Shown: positions 56,323 through 63,688, numbered from the stretch's first letter. The stretch: DNA of 64,000 bases from Actinomycetota bacterium (GCA_014377015.1 JACMQL010000030.1:5759-69758); one strand, 5' to 3'. A program made the numbers and translations. The notes: a model not told the origin generated them from the sequence alone.

Positions 56323-56634
56323 CTACAGGATAAAACTGTAAGCAAGAAGCAATCCACCCACGACGATGATTGCCAAACTGGCGTTTCTGTTTTGGAGCCA
56401 TTGCTTACCAGGGGACGTTAGCGAAACTAAAAAAATCATTAAGCCCGGAATGATCAAGGTCAGACTGCTGGGCAAGTTTCCTGATGAACCAGTTTGATAC
56501 CTAAAGTTGATGAGCCCTACGGCAATAGTTGCGTAGGCCACCATCCGAGAATTATTTATACGGCGCGAAAGATCAGCACCCGACCCAAGAAAAGGGCGCT
56601 GGTTGCCCAGCGCCCTCTCTTGTTTTTTGGACAT
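56323..56634 (-). CDS. Hypothetical 103-aa three-TM membrane protein, translationally coupled to the actinorhodopsin
   Basis: Its ATG shares one nucleotide with the rhodopsin TAA (TAATG at 56632-56636). Hydrophobic segments are VAYATIAVGLINF, LTLIIPGLMIFLVSL and LAIIVVGGLLLAYSFIL. I recognise no family. Confidence 0.55.
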   Translation of the reverse strand: MSKKQERALGNQRPFLGSGADLSRRINNSRMVAYATIAVGLINFRYQTGSSGNLPSSLTLIIPGLMIFLVSLTSPGKQWLQNRNASLAIIVVGGLLLAYSFIL

Positions 56635-57395
56635 TAAGCCTCTACCGCCATACCTTCAGCATGCGATTTCATTCGCGCTATCTTCAGAATCGTAAGTCCA
56701 AAGACGCACTTAGCAAGCACATCTGCAATCGTGTAGCCCACTTGCACGCCGACGAATGATGACGCAGTTGGATCTCCATTCATTCCTAAAATATAGGAGA
56801 CTGGATAAACACCCCATGTTGCAACCAGCAAGAGTCGAAGTCGCCCAATGGTGGCAGCGACGCCTTCTGGTTGGCGCTCAAGAGATTTACCTAGTTCGAC
56901 AAACAAGACGTACAGAATATAAATAAATGGAATCGTGGAAAGAACACCGAACAAAATAGCTGTTCCTTGATCTGACGAAACTTCTCCTGGATATCCGAGG
57001 GCAATCATCGCGGCAGAGGCAGGAACTAAGCGCATGATAAGCGACTTCGAAACTTCCTTTGCGAGTGCAAGAACTGCGATCACTTCAACTAGCAGAAGTG
57101 GGACTGTGAGTAGCCAATCTACGTAACGATATGCCTCGTTAAAGGAACCTTGATTTCCAGAAACATCGACAACCATTGCCTTGGATGCTTCTCCGAAAGA
57201 ATTGATAATTCGAAAATAATGGTAACCAGCAATGAAAGTAACCATCGAAGACATAACTAGCGCGTTCCGATACTTTGGAAGAACGCGAGATTGAGACACC
57301 AATGTATAAACGGTGCATGCGAGCATTGCAATAAGAGCGAATGAAAAAATGTTGTAAACAAGATTCCATTGGTTGCTGCTGAGCATTAACGACAT
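56634..57395 (-). CDS. actR: Actinorhodopsin (xanthorhodopsin/proteorhodopsin-clade light-driven proton pump)
   Basis: Seven TM helices. Helix C RYVDWLLTVPLLLVE gives the DTE motif (D93, T97, E104) with Leu at the spectral-tuning position (L101). H59 lies in GYHY. Helix G has YTIADVLAKCVFGL with D225 and the Schiff-base Lys K229. RBS is GGAGGAA. Confidence 0.92.
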   Translation of the reverse strand: MSLMLSSNQWNLVYNIFSFALIAMLACTVYTLVSQSRVLPKYRNALVMSSMVTFIAGYHYFRIINSFGEASKAMVVDVSGNQGSFNEAYRYVDWLLTVPLLLVEVIAVLALAKEVSKSLIMRLVPASAAMIALGYPGEVSSDQGTAILFGVLSTIPFIYILYVLFVELGKSLERQPEGVAATIGRLRLLLVATWGVYPVSYILGMNGDPTASSFVGVQVGYTIADVLAKCVFGLTILKIARMKSHAEGMAVEA

Positions 57396-57596
57396 TAAAA
57401 TTCCTCCATGGACAGGTAGAAAAATGGGCTAGATGGGTGCTAGAAGGCTAATGCCACTTTGAGCCGTTAAGGTCCATTTGGGCTATTTTTGACAGTAACT
57501 TTCGCCACGGTCATGTGGAATCAGCTATGGCGGACGCCCGTACCAAAGGTATTTTTCGAAATTGAGAACGACCCGGAGTTAAGGCAAAATGAGGCC

Positions 57597-57929
57597 ATGG
57601 TCAGCACGGAAATTGGCAATGGAAACGGGTGGCCCTGTAACTGCGGTCACACGGTGCCTTCTCATCTACTCAGGTGCCCTCGATGTCAGAGCGCTTTGAG
57701 TCTCGATAAGGCGCTCACGGGCGTCCCGACCAAACTTCCTGAACCCCCAATAGATGAATGGGTAAAGGAAGATGGAATTCGGCGGGTGTACAGCGAAGAA
57801 AGTCTGAAAGAAGTGATGGCGCAAGCTCGCAAGCGAAAGAAGAGATCGCGCAAAAGGAATATTAAGTGGTCATTGGTGATCTCTCTCTTCGTTACCACCC
57901 TCCTTCTCGTTGCCACCTTAGTTATTTAA
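57597..57929 (+). CDS. Hypothetical tail-anchored protein with N-terminal zinc ribbon
   Basis: CNCGH...CPRC, a basic stretch RKRKKRSRKRN, then a C-terminal TM segment WSLVISLFVTTLLLVATLVI. Start uncertain; the long ORF begins at TTG 57489. Confidence 0.5.
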   Translation: MVSTEIGNGNGWPCNCGHTVPSHLLRCPRCQSALSLDKALTGVPTKLPEPPIDEWVKEDGIRRVYSEESLKEVMAQARKRKKRSRKRNIKWSLVISLFVTTLLLVATLVI

Positions 57930-57953
57930 TGGTTATTTAATGGTTATTTGATC
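57921..57953. repeat. Three tandem 11-bp units (GTTATTTAATG x2, GTTATTTGATC)
   Basis: Read directly. It spans the stop codon of the Zn-ribbon ORF and ends 4 nt before the next ATG. Confidence 0.8.
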
Positions 57954-57957
57954 CAAG

Positions 57958-58290
57958 ATGGCAAAGAAATCTCCAGCTAAAGCCAAAATGATTCGTGCAG
58001 AAGCCATGCGTGATGCAGCCAAGAGGCGTGCAGACATGGCCGCTGCTAAGAATTCGGTCTCCCGCGGTGTAATCGAAGTTGATGAATATGCGCAAGTCGA
58101 CGGAGCGTGGCGTGAAATCGGATTGGAAACACAAGCTCGCCGCGCACTCGTCGATGATGGACTCTATAAATTGAGCGATCTGCGCAAAGTTTCACTTGCT
58201 GCGCTCAAGGACTTGCAGGGCATGGGTCCTAATGCGATCCGAGTCATTGTTGCCGAAATGAAGAAAGCGGACCTCTCTTTTCGCAAATGA
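57958..58290 (+). CDS. Stand-alone helix-hairpin-helix protein resembling the RNA polymerase alpha C-terminal domain
   Basis: The C-terminal 60 aa (IGLETQARRALVDDGLYKLSDLRKVSLAALKDLQGMGPNAIRVIVAEMKKADLSF) follow the alphaCTD pattern L.LS.R..N.L...GI..I.DL......EL..I.N.G.KS..EI...L...GL.L. The N-terminus is basic and Ala/Lys-rich. Confidence 0.55.
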   Translation: MAKKSPAKAKMIRAEAMRDAAKRRADMAAAKNSVSRGVIEVDEYAQVDGAWREIGLETQARRALVDDGLYKLSDLRKVSLAALKDLQGMGPNAIRVIVAEMKKADLSFRK

Positions 58291-58341
58291 ATGACTGAGG
58301 CATAACGGCTATTTCTAGTTGTGATTGATTAGGCTCTGACT

Positions 58342-58812
58342 GTGAGCGCATTTCGTATAACGGCTTCGTCCCTGGGAATACTCCTCGTAGTTATTTATGC
58401 CCTCGGATCAGGGTTATGGGTATCCACTGGTGATGGTTGGTATCGATCTCTCAATGCGCCATCGTGGCAACCGCCCGATTGGATTTTTGGAGTTATCTGG
58501 CCATACAACTTCATCGTCCTTGGAATCAGCTCTGTGATCGTGAGTCAGAGACTTTCGAAATTTACATCGGTACTTTGGCTCGCGTGCTTGGCGATGAGTG
58601 TCGTCTGCGCCCTGGTTTGGGCATACCAGTTTTATCGGCCGCACAATCTCGGCGTTGCATCCATCGCATTGGCGGGCGCGGCAGCGTTCACAACTCCGCT
58701 TTTAGTGATTGCTTACAAAGCGTCGTGGCCGCTTCTCATCGCGCTGATTCCGTACCAATTTTGGTTGGTGACTGCAGCATTTCTGAGTTGGGGATACCAG
58801 AAGCGAAACTAA
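58342..58812 (+). CDS. tspO: TspO/MBR family tryptophan-rich sensory protein
   Basis: Five TM segments with WYRSLNAPSWQPPDWIFGVIWPYNF and C-terminal PYQFWLVTAAFLSWG, both characteristic. GTG start. Confidence 0.85.
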   Translation: MSAFRITASSLGILLVVIYALGSGLWVSTGDGWYRSLNAPSWQPPDWIFGVIWPYNFIVLGISSVIVSQRLSKFTSVLWLACLAMSVVCALVWAYQFYRPHNLGVASIALAGAAAFTTPLLVIAYKASWPLLIALIPYQFWLVTAAFLSWGYQKRN

Positions 58813-59867
58813 TAACGCTTTCGTAGCCAAAGAGAGACATACACCAACCCCACTAAGGCCGGCACTTCAATGAGCGGTCCAATTACACCAACCAGGGCTT
58901 GACCAGAGGCCAATCCCCATACTCCAATACTCACGGCAATTGCGAGTTCGAAATTATTTCCCGCTGCCGTGAAAGCAAGAGTTGTCGCCTTGTCGTATTT
59001 GAGTCCGAGCTGCTTGCCGAATGCATACGAGATTCCCCACATGACGAAGAAATAAATCAACAATGGCACTGCTATTTGCACCACGACACTCGGAGAATCC
59101 ACGATTGCTTGGCCTTGCAAGGAGAACATCAACACGATGGTAAAGAGCAATCCGTAGAGTGCGTATGGTCCAATTCGCGGGATGAACTTTTCTTCATACC
59201 AAGCTAAGCCCTTGCGTTTGACACCAAATTTTCGAGTCAAATATCCCGCCACCAATGGAATTCCAAGAAAGATCAAAACCGCTTTCGTAATTTCTCCGGT
59301 AGAAAATGCGACATCGAAAGCGTCCCAGCCCAGCCAATCGGGAAGGATTCTGAGATAGAAGGTGCCTAGGAGGGCGTAAGCGCCAACTTGAAAAATCGAA
59401 TTGATTGCGACGAGTAGAGCGGCAGCTTCGCGACTGCCGCAGGCGAGATCATTCCAAATCAAAACCATCGCAATGCAACGTGCCAATCCGATCACAATGA
59501 GTCCGGTCCGAAATTCTGGTTCATCGGCTAGAAATACCCACGCTAAACCAAACATGAGCGCCGGTCCGATGATCCAATTCAAGATTAAGGAAGATGCGAG
59601 CAATTTTTTGTCTGCTCGCAATTGGCCCATTTCCTCGTAGCGCACCTTTGCCAACACTGGATACATCATTAAGAAAAGCCCGAGAGCAATTGGTAAAGAA
59701 GTTCCCTCGATCTGCACCGCCGTGAGAGCGTCATTTAGTTTTGGGAAAACTTTACCAAGTAGCAATCCAAGAGCCATAGCCGAAATAATCCAGACTGGCA
59801 GGAATCTGTCGGTTAGCGACAGCTTGGATAATGGTTTTGCATCTTCAATAGAATTTATCGGCTTCAC
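58809..59867 (-). CDS. acr3: ACR3-family arsenite efflux transporter
   Basis: LSLTDRFLPVWIISAMALGLLLG, and GLARCIAMVLIWNDLACG containing the conserved Cys. Ten TM segments. GTG start after GGAAAG. Confidence 0.9.
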   Translation of the reverse strand: MKPINSIEDAKPLSKLSLTDRFLPVWIISAMALGLLLGKVFPKLNDALTAVQIEGTSLPIALGLFLMMYPVLAKVRYEEMGQLRADKKLLASSLILNWIIGPALMFGLAWVFLADEPEFRTGLIVIGLARCIAMVLIWNDLACGSREAAALLVAINSIFQVGAYALLGTFYLRILPDWLGWDAFDVAFSTGEITKAVLIFLGIPLVAGYLTRKFGVKRKGLAWYEEKFIPRIGPYALYGLLFTIVLMFSLQGQAIVDSPSVVVQIAVPLLIYFFVMWGISYAFGKQLGLKYDKATTLAFTAAGNNFELAIAVSIGVWGLASGQALVGVIGPLIEVPALVGLVYVSLWLRKRY

Positions 59868-59970
59868 GACATCAACTTTCCGAGTAATTGAAGATTTACT
59901 ATGTATGTGGCTTTTTTAAAAGGGCAGCTTCGCGGGCTGTTCCGAAATCTCCATCGATGTTACATGCGAA

Positions 59971-60099
59971 CTAACAGCAACTGGCGTTAGCGCCAACTGA
60001 CTCAGAACTATCTTGGGATGTTGGTGAGCAACATGCCACAACTTCAGTCGACGACGAACAGGCACAGGTTGAGATTTCTTGAATCTTGATTTCAGTCAC
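59971..60099 (-). CDS. Unannotated 42-codon cysteine-rich ORF upstream of acr3 (below the ORF-track size cut-off)
   Basis: My translation of the - strand is MTEIKIQEISTCACSSSTEVVACCSPTSQDSSESVGANASCC, then TAG. GTG start 6 nt after GGAG. It has six Cys (CxC and two vicinal CC pairs, one at the C-terminus), lies on the same strand as acr3, and ends 103 nt upstream of it. Confidence 0.45.
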   Translation of the reverse strand: MTEIKIQEISTCACSSSTEVVACCSPTSQDSSESVGANASCC

Positions 60100-60117
60100 G
60101 CGATACTCCGTTCATAA

Positions 60118-60168
60118 ATCGAATTATTTCGATATCAAAATTATAGTCTCATATCGAAGATTGTCAAT
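60118..60168. promoter_or_regulatory. Two copies of a 16-bp palindromic motif (candidate ArsR operators) in the divergent ars promoter region
   Basis: ATCGAATTATTTCGAT (60118-60133) and ATCGAAGATTGTCAAT (60153-60168), 35 bp apart centre to centre. The second overlaps the palindrome TTGTCAATATGACAA (60161-60175). Confidence 0.45.
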
Positions 60169-60247
60169 ATGACAAGAACAAGCATGAGAACGGTGATCTG
60201 TACCATCGATGAAAGCTGGAGTAGTGTCCTGATTTGGAGGTGAAACT

Positions 60248-60688
60248 ATGACGGCGCACAGTGAAAATAGGCACTTTGCGGTAACAAGTTACGGTCAATG
60301 CTGGGAAATGCTCAATCGAGAGAGAACCACAGAGGAAGATAGAAATCTGCTGGGTGCTTCCCTCACATCGAGATTTCACTGGCAACAAGTTGGGGGCGAT
60401 CAAGAAAGGGCTGTCGCAGACTGGATGGTAAGTCGGGCCTGCGCAGCCATCGGCGAACCGCGCCTCGCCATCAAATTCGCCTGGGCTTCTTTGAATTACG
60501 AGAATCGAACTTTTCCGGCTTGGCTCAAAGCAAGTTTGAATGAAGGCATGGCACGCGCCCATGCCTCGGCTGGCGAAATCTCCGAACGAGATCGCTACAC
60601 ATCATTTGCGCTGAAGGAGTTGGAGGCGGAAAAGGATCTGGAAGACGCCGATCTAATCCGCAACCAGATCGCCGACCTACTTCCGTAA
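60248..60688 (+). CDS. Hypothetical all-helical protein upstream of arsR
   Basis: 146-aa ORF with the RBS GGAGGTGAAAC before its ATG. I assign no family. It ends 35 nt before arsR. Confidence 0.6.
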   Translation: MTAHSENRHFAVTSYGQCWEMLNRERTTEEDRNLLGASLTSRFHWQQVGGDQERAVADWMVSRACAAIGEPRLAIKFAWASLNYENRTFPAWLKASLNEGMARAHASAGEISERDRYTSFALKELEAEKDLEDADLIRNQIADLLP

Positions 60689-60695
60689 TTTCGAC

Positions 60696-60719
60696 ACGTA
60701 TCGATTAATATCAATACGT
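60696..60719. promoter_or_regulatory. Third copy of the motif, within a 24-bp imperfect palindrome just upstream of arsR
   Basis: ACGTATCGATTAATATCAATACGT, with core ATCGATTAATATCAAT at 60700-60715. It matches each of the two sites at 60118-60168 at 12 of 16 positions. Confidence 0.45.
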
Positions 60720-60723
60720 ACAG

Positions 60724-61029
60724 ATGTATGCTCCGTGTATGGCGCAAGGAATATCTCTCACCAAATCTCCCAAGGTAAGAGAGAAGTTGGTTGAGCAGTT
60801 TCGCGCCCTCGGCGACGAAACCCGCCTCGGATTAATGATGGCAGTTTCAGAGAGCGAGAATGCCGAAGCATGCGTCTGCGACCTGACGCCCGATACGGGA
60901 TTGGCGCAGAGCACCGTGAGCCATCACCTAAAAATGCTGGTTGATGCGGGACTACTCAGCCGGACTCAACGGGGCAAATGGGCGTATTACGCGCTCACTA
61001 AAGAAGCGCAGAAGATCCTCAAGAATTAA
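60724..61029 (+). CDS. arsR: ArsR/SmtB-family metalloregulator
   Basis: FRALGDETRLGLM, metalloid site ACVCDL, and recognition helix QSTVSHHLKMLVDAGLL. ATG 60739 is an alternative start. Confidence 0.9.
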   Translation: MYAPCMAQGISLTKSPKVREKLVEQFRALGDETRLGLMMAVSESENAEACVCDLTPDTGLAQSTVSHHLKMLVDAGLLSRTQRGKWAYYALTKEAQKILKN

Positions 61030-61048
61030 GAGTTAATCAGCAAATAAT

Positions 61049-61342
61049 TTAAATTATTTGGGCCAATCCCAAAATGAAAAGCAAAGAAATTGTTCCTGCG
61101 ATCCAAATCAACCGAGATTCCTTCTTCAAGTCGGTGGCGTTCTTTAGCCATTCATATTCAGTTTTAGCTTCCTCGACTTCGACTGGAATCTTTTGTCCCT
61201 TAGGTATCGAGGCACTGGATTCTGCGATTGCCAGAAATTTGGCGCAAGCCGCAGACAATGTTTTAATCTCCGAATTCAGAAAAACAACGCGCGCTAATCC
61301 GCCAGCCGCCATCACTCCTAATACAACTAATCCAATGGTCAT
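61049..61342 (-). CDS. Hypothetical membrane protein (TM at each end, charged central region)
   Basis: ORF plus hydropathy only. Confidence 0.4.
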   Translation of the reverse strand: MTIGLVVLGVMAAGGLARVVFLNSEIKTLSAACAKFLAIAESSASIPKGQKIPVEVEEAKTEYEWLKNATDLKKESRLIWIAGTISLLFILGLAQII

Positions 61343-61555
61343 GCGCAGACTCTACGCTCTGACACGCAATTCAGGCTTTAATGGCGGTCATTATCTGGCT
61401 ATGTTCTATAAGTCACACGATCATGCTCAGAAGTTGCCCTGCTTTCATTGAGTTGGCGGTCTAAGACTTACTTGGCGGAGTTGCCGACCGTAGACTCCTT
61501 ACTACCGTATGAGATAGAAGTTGATACTTTTCAATGGCAATATGGAGGAATAATT

Positions 61556-62122
61556 ATGGACGAATCGACAAACCAAGCCCTTTCAAACGTTACGCCTGGC
61601 TGGTACACGAATGTAGATTCAGGTTTGCAACAGTATTGGGATGGTGCAGCCTGGTCGCAAATTCCGGCGCCCACTCATGTAGATGGTCAAGCACTGGTCG
61701 CACAGAAGTCAGAGACTTCAGATGTTGCCGTCATTGCATTTGTGTTCAGTCTGCTCGTTCCTTTCGTGGGTTGGATACTGGGATTCAAAGCTCGCAAGGA
61801 CATCGCTGAATCCAACGGAAAGAAGACCGGCGGCCCATTAGCGACCGCAGCAATCTGGATTGGCGGAATCGTGACCATCGGAGTTGCAACGATGATCGCG
61901 CTCTGTGCAATCACTTCGATTGCCTTCGACCATCACTTTGATGATCGCTGGGGCGGACATGGGTACCGCAATTACATGCTCTTCCAAGACGGCGGCCCTG
62001 ATTTCGGTGGAATGATGAACCCTAGAAATGGCGACATCCCAATGATGGGCTCAGATCAACCGGGTACTGACATGGTTGATCCGCGTGGAGGAATGATGTT
62101 CGGGGATCAGAGCACTAACTAA
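61556..62122 (+). CDS. DUF2510 + DUF4190 membrane protein with Gly/Met/His/Asp-rich tail
   Basis: PGWYTNVDSGLQQYWDGAAWS is the DUF2510 pattern. Two TM segments flank GFKARKDIAESNGKKTGGPLA, the DUF4190 pattern. Start is ATG 61556, 8 nt after GGAGG. Confidence 0.7.
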   Translation: MDESTNQALSNVTPGWYTNVDSGLQQYWDGAAWSQIPAPTHVDGQALVAQKSETSDVAVIAFVFSLLVPFVGWILGFKARKDIAESNGKKTGGPLATAAIWIGGIVTIGVATMIALCAITSIAFDHHFDDRWGGHGYRNYMLFQDGGPDFGGMMNPRNGDIPMMGSDQPGTDMVDPRGGMMFGDQSTN

Positions 62123-62130
62123 TCTCCTTG

Positions 62131-62169
62131 ACTCTTGAAAATTCCAGCTGGAATTTCTTCAGTAAGAGT
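62131..62169. terminator. Palindrome between convergent genes (possible bidirectional terminator)
   Basis: Perfect core AAATTCCAG|CTGGAATTT (62139-62156), with outer arms ACTCTT / AAGAGT. It is AT-rich and has no long U-tract. Confidence 0.4.
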
Positions 62170-62172
62170 AAA

Positions 62173-62757
62173 TCAGTGAAGTGTCTCGTCTGCCTCATCT
62201 CGGATGAATCGGGTGAAGCGCACTTTTAATCCCTCGCGACTCGGTGCAGCCAGATGTGGTCCCGCTCTCCAGAGCAAGTCCTGTTTAATTGGAAAGAGCC
62301 GCACTAACTGCCACGAAACACCAAGGTCATCGCATTTGGCCCGCACCGTTACAGCATTACCTTGGCGGCTCGCTCGGAATGCAACCTCATGCCCAAACCA
62401 TTGAGTAATCGGCGCCGTTGACCAATCAGAGTTCACATCTGTGACGACGGCACCAATTTGCAGGGCTCCGTCGGCATATTCAATTCCAGCTTTGGTCCAA
62501 TGCTCTTCATCCGCGTAGACAACTAGCCCTGCTTGATCCCAAAGTTGGTCAAAATCAAGGATAAATGAGACTTCGATTGCGGATTTATCGGGGAAGTCGA
62601 TCAACAACGCATGTGCAGAATCATGGACAAAACCGTACGAGGTATTACGCCAAAAATCGCTTTCTTTGATTGCCGTGACAATCATCTGGCCAGACTGAAA
62701 CTTCACTTCTGCCGGTGGATTTAGCCATGAACCGTCATTCCACTCCACCGTGTGCAT
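62173..62757 (-). CDS. DUF1349 domain protein (concanavalin-like fold)
   Basis: W.NPP...., DFWRNTSYGFVHDSAH and AGLVVYADEEHWTK follow the family pattern. Confidence 0.7.
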   Translation of the reverse strand: MHTVEWNDGSWLNPPAEVKFQSGQMIVTAIKESDFWRNTSYGFVHDSAHALLIDFPDKSAIEVSFILDFDQLWDQAGLVVYADEEHWTKAGIEYADGALQIGAVVTDVNSDWSTAPITQWFGHEVAFRASRQGNAVTVRAKCDDLGVSWQLVRLFPIKQDLLWRAGPHLAAPSREGLKVRFTRFIRDEADETLH

Positions 62758-62783
62758 AATACGAAGCCTAATAGACTCGCGCC

Positions 62784-63635
62784 GTGCCTGACCTTCACAA
62801 GAGAAGCGCTTCGCTTATTTTGGCTGGGGTCTTCTTTGGAACCACCGGAACTGCGCAGGCGCTCGGCCCGAAAAATATCTCACCACTTGCCGTGGGAAGT
62901 GCGCGCTTACTTCTTGGCTCGTTATGTCTTTATCTCTTGCACCATTATGCGACGAAAAATTCGGTCAAAATCCCTCGCACCGATTTGTGGCTAGCCGCCA
63001 TCGGGGTAGCCCTTTACCAACTCACTTTCTTCTCCGCAGTAAAAAGCACCGGAGTTGCGATAGGCACCGTCACCGCTCTCGGTTCGGCTCCGGCGCTGAC
63101 AGGATTGATCGCCTATTTTCTCACGCGCGAGAAGCCAACAATTCGTTGGTTTATTGCAACTCTCATCACAACGACGGGCATTATCGTATTGAGCACATCC
63201 AAGGGAACCACTGATTTCAATGTGAAGGGATTTATGCTCGCACTTGGAGCCGGAGCCTCGTATTCACTCTTCGCGGTAGCAAGCCGTCGCTCCCTTGCCG
63301 TAGGAGTCGGTATTACCGAGGCCATGTTCAAAATATTCGCACTCGGAGCTATTCTCTCTTTCCCACTTCTATTCGTTGGGAACCCGAGTTGGCTATTCAC
63401 GTTCCGTGGCTCGCTCATGATTATCTGGCTGGCAGTCGTTCCAACTGCCTTGGCGTATATCGCCTACGCATATGGATTGGTGCGAGTTAAAGCAACCACC
63501 GCATCTACATTGATTCTTGCCGAACCTGCAACGGCCACCATTCTTGCCTCAGTCGTGCTCTCCGAATCCATCAATTTACGTGGCTGGGCAGGCATCGGGA
63601 TAGTCATCCTGGGGCTGCTTTACTTGGCAATCTGA
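62784..63635 (+). CDS. EamA/DMT-superfamily transporter
   Basis: Ten TM segments as two EamA-like halves. GTG start. Confidence 0.8.
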   Translation: MPDLHKRSASLILAGVFFGTTGTAQALGPKNISPLAVGSARLLLGSLCLYLLHHYATKNSVKIPRTDLWLAAIGVALYQLTFFSAVKSTGVAIGTVTALGSAPALTGLIAYFLTREKPTIRWFIATLITTTGIIVLSTSKGTTDFNVKGFMLALGAGASYSLFAVASRRSLAVGVGITEAMFKIFALGAILSFPLLFVGNPSWLFTFRGSLMIIWLAVVPTALAYIAYAYGLVRVKATTASTLILAEPATATILASVVLSESINLRGWAGIGIVILGLLYLAI

Positions 63636-63688
63636 TTCTAAAATCCAAAGTAAAATAACAGTATGCGCGTGAAAGGAAATGAACGAAA

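Noticed and set aside
56284-56323. Two hairpins (TAGCAGC-TAGAT-GCTGCTA and GCTAC-N8-GTAGC) after the actR operon, considered as terminators.
   Set aside because: On the minus-strand transcript they are followed by A-runs, not U-runs. On the plus strand the T-run precedes the stem. The structure is visible, but a canonical intrinsic terminator is not supported.
59868-59970. Weak stem (CAGC-N7-GCTG) followed by CCCUUUUAAAAAA between the Cys-rich ORF and acr3, considered as an attenuator.
   Set aside because: Only 4 bp are securely paired. That is insufficient on sequence alone.
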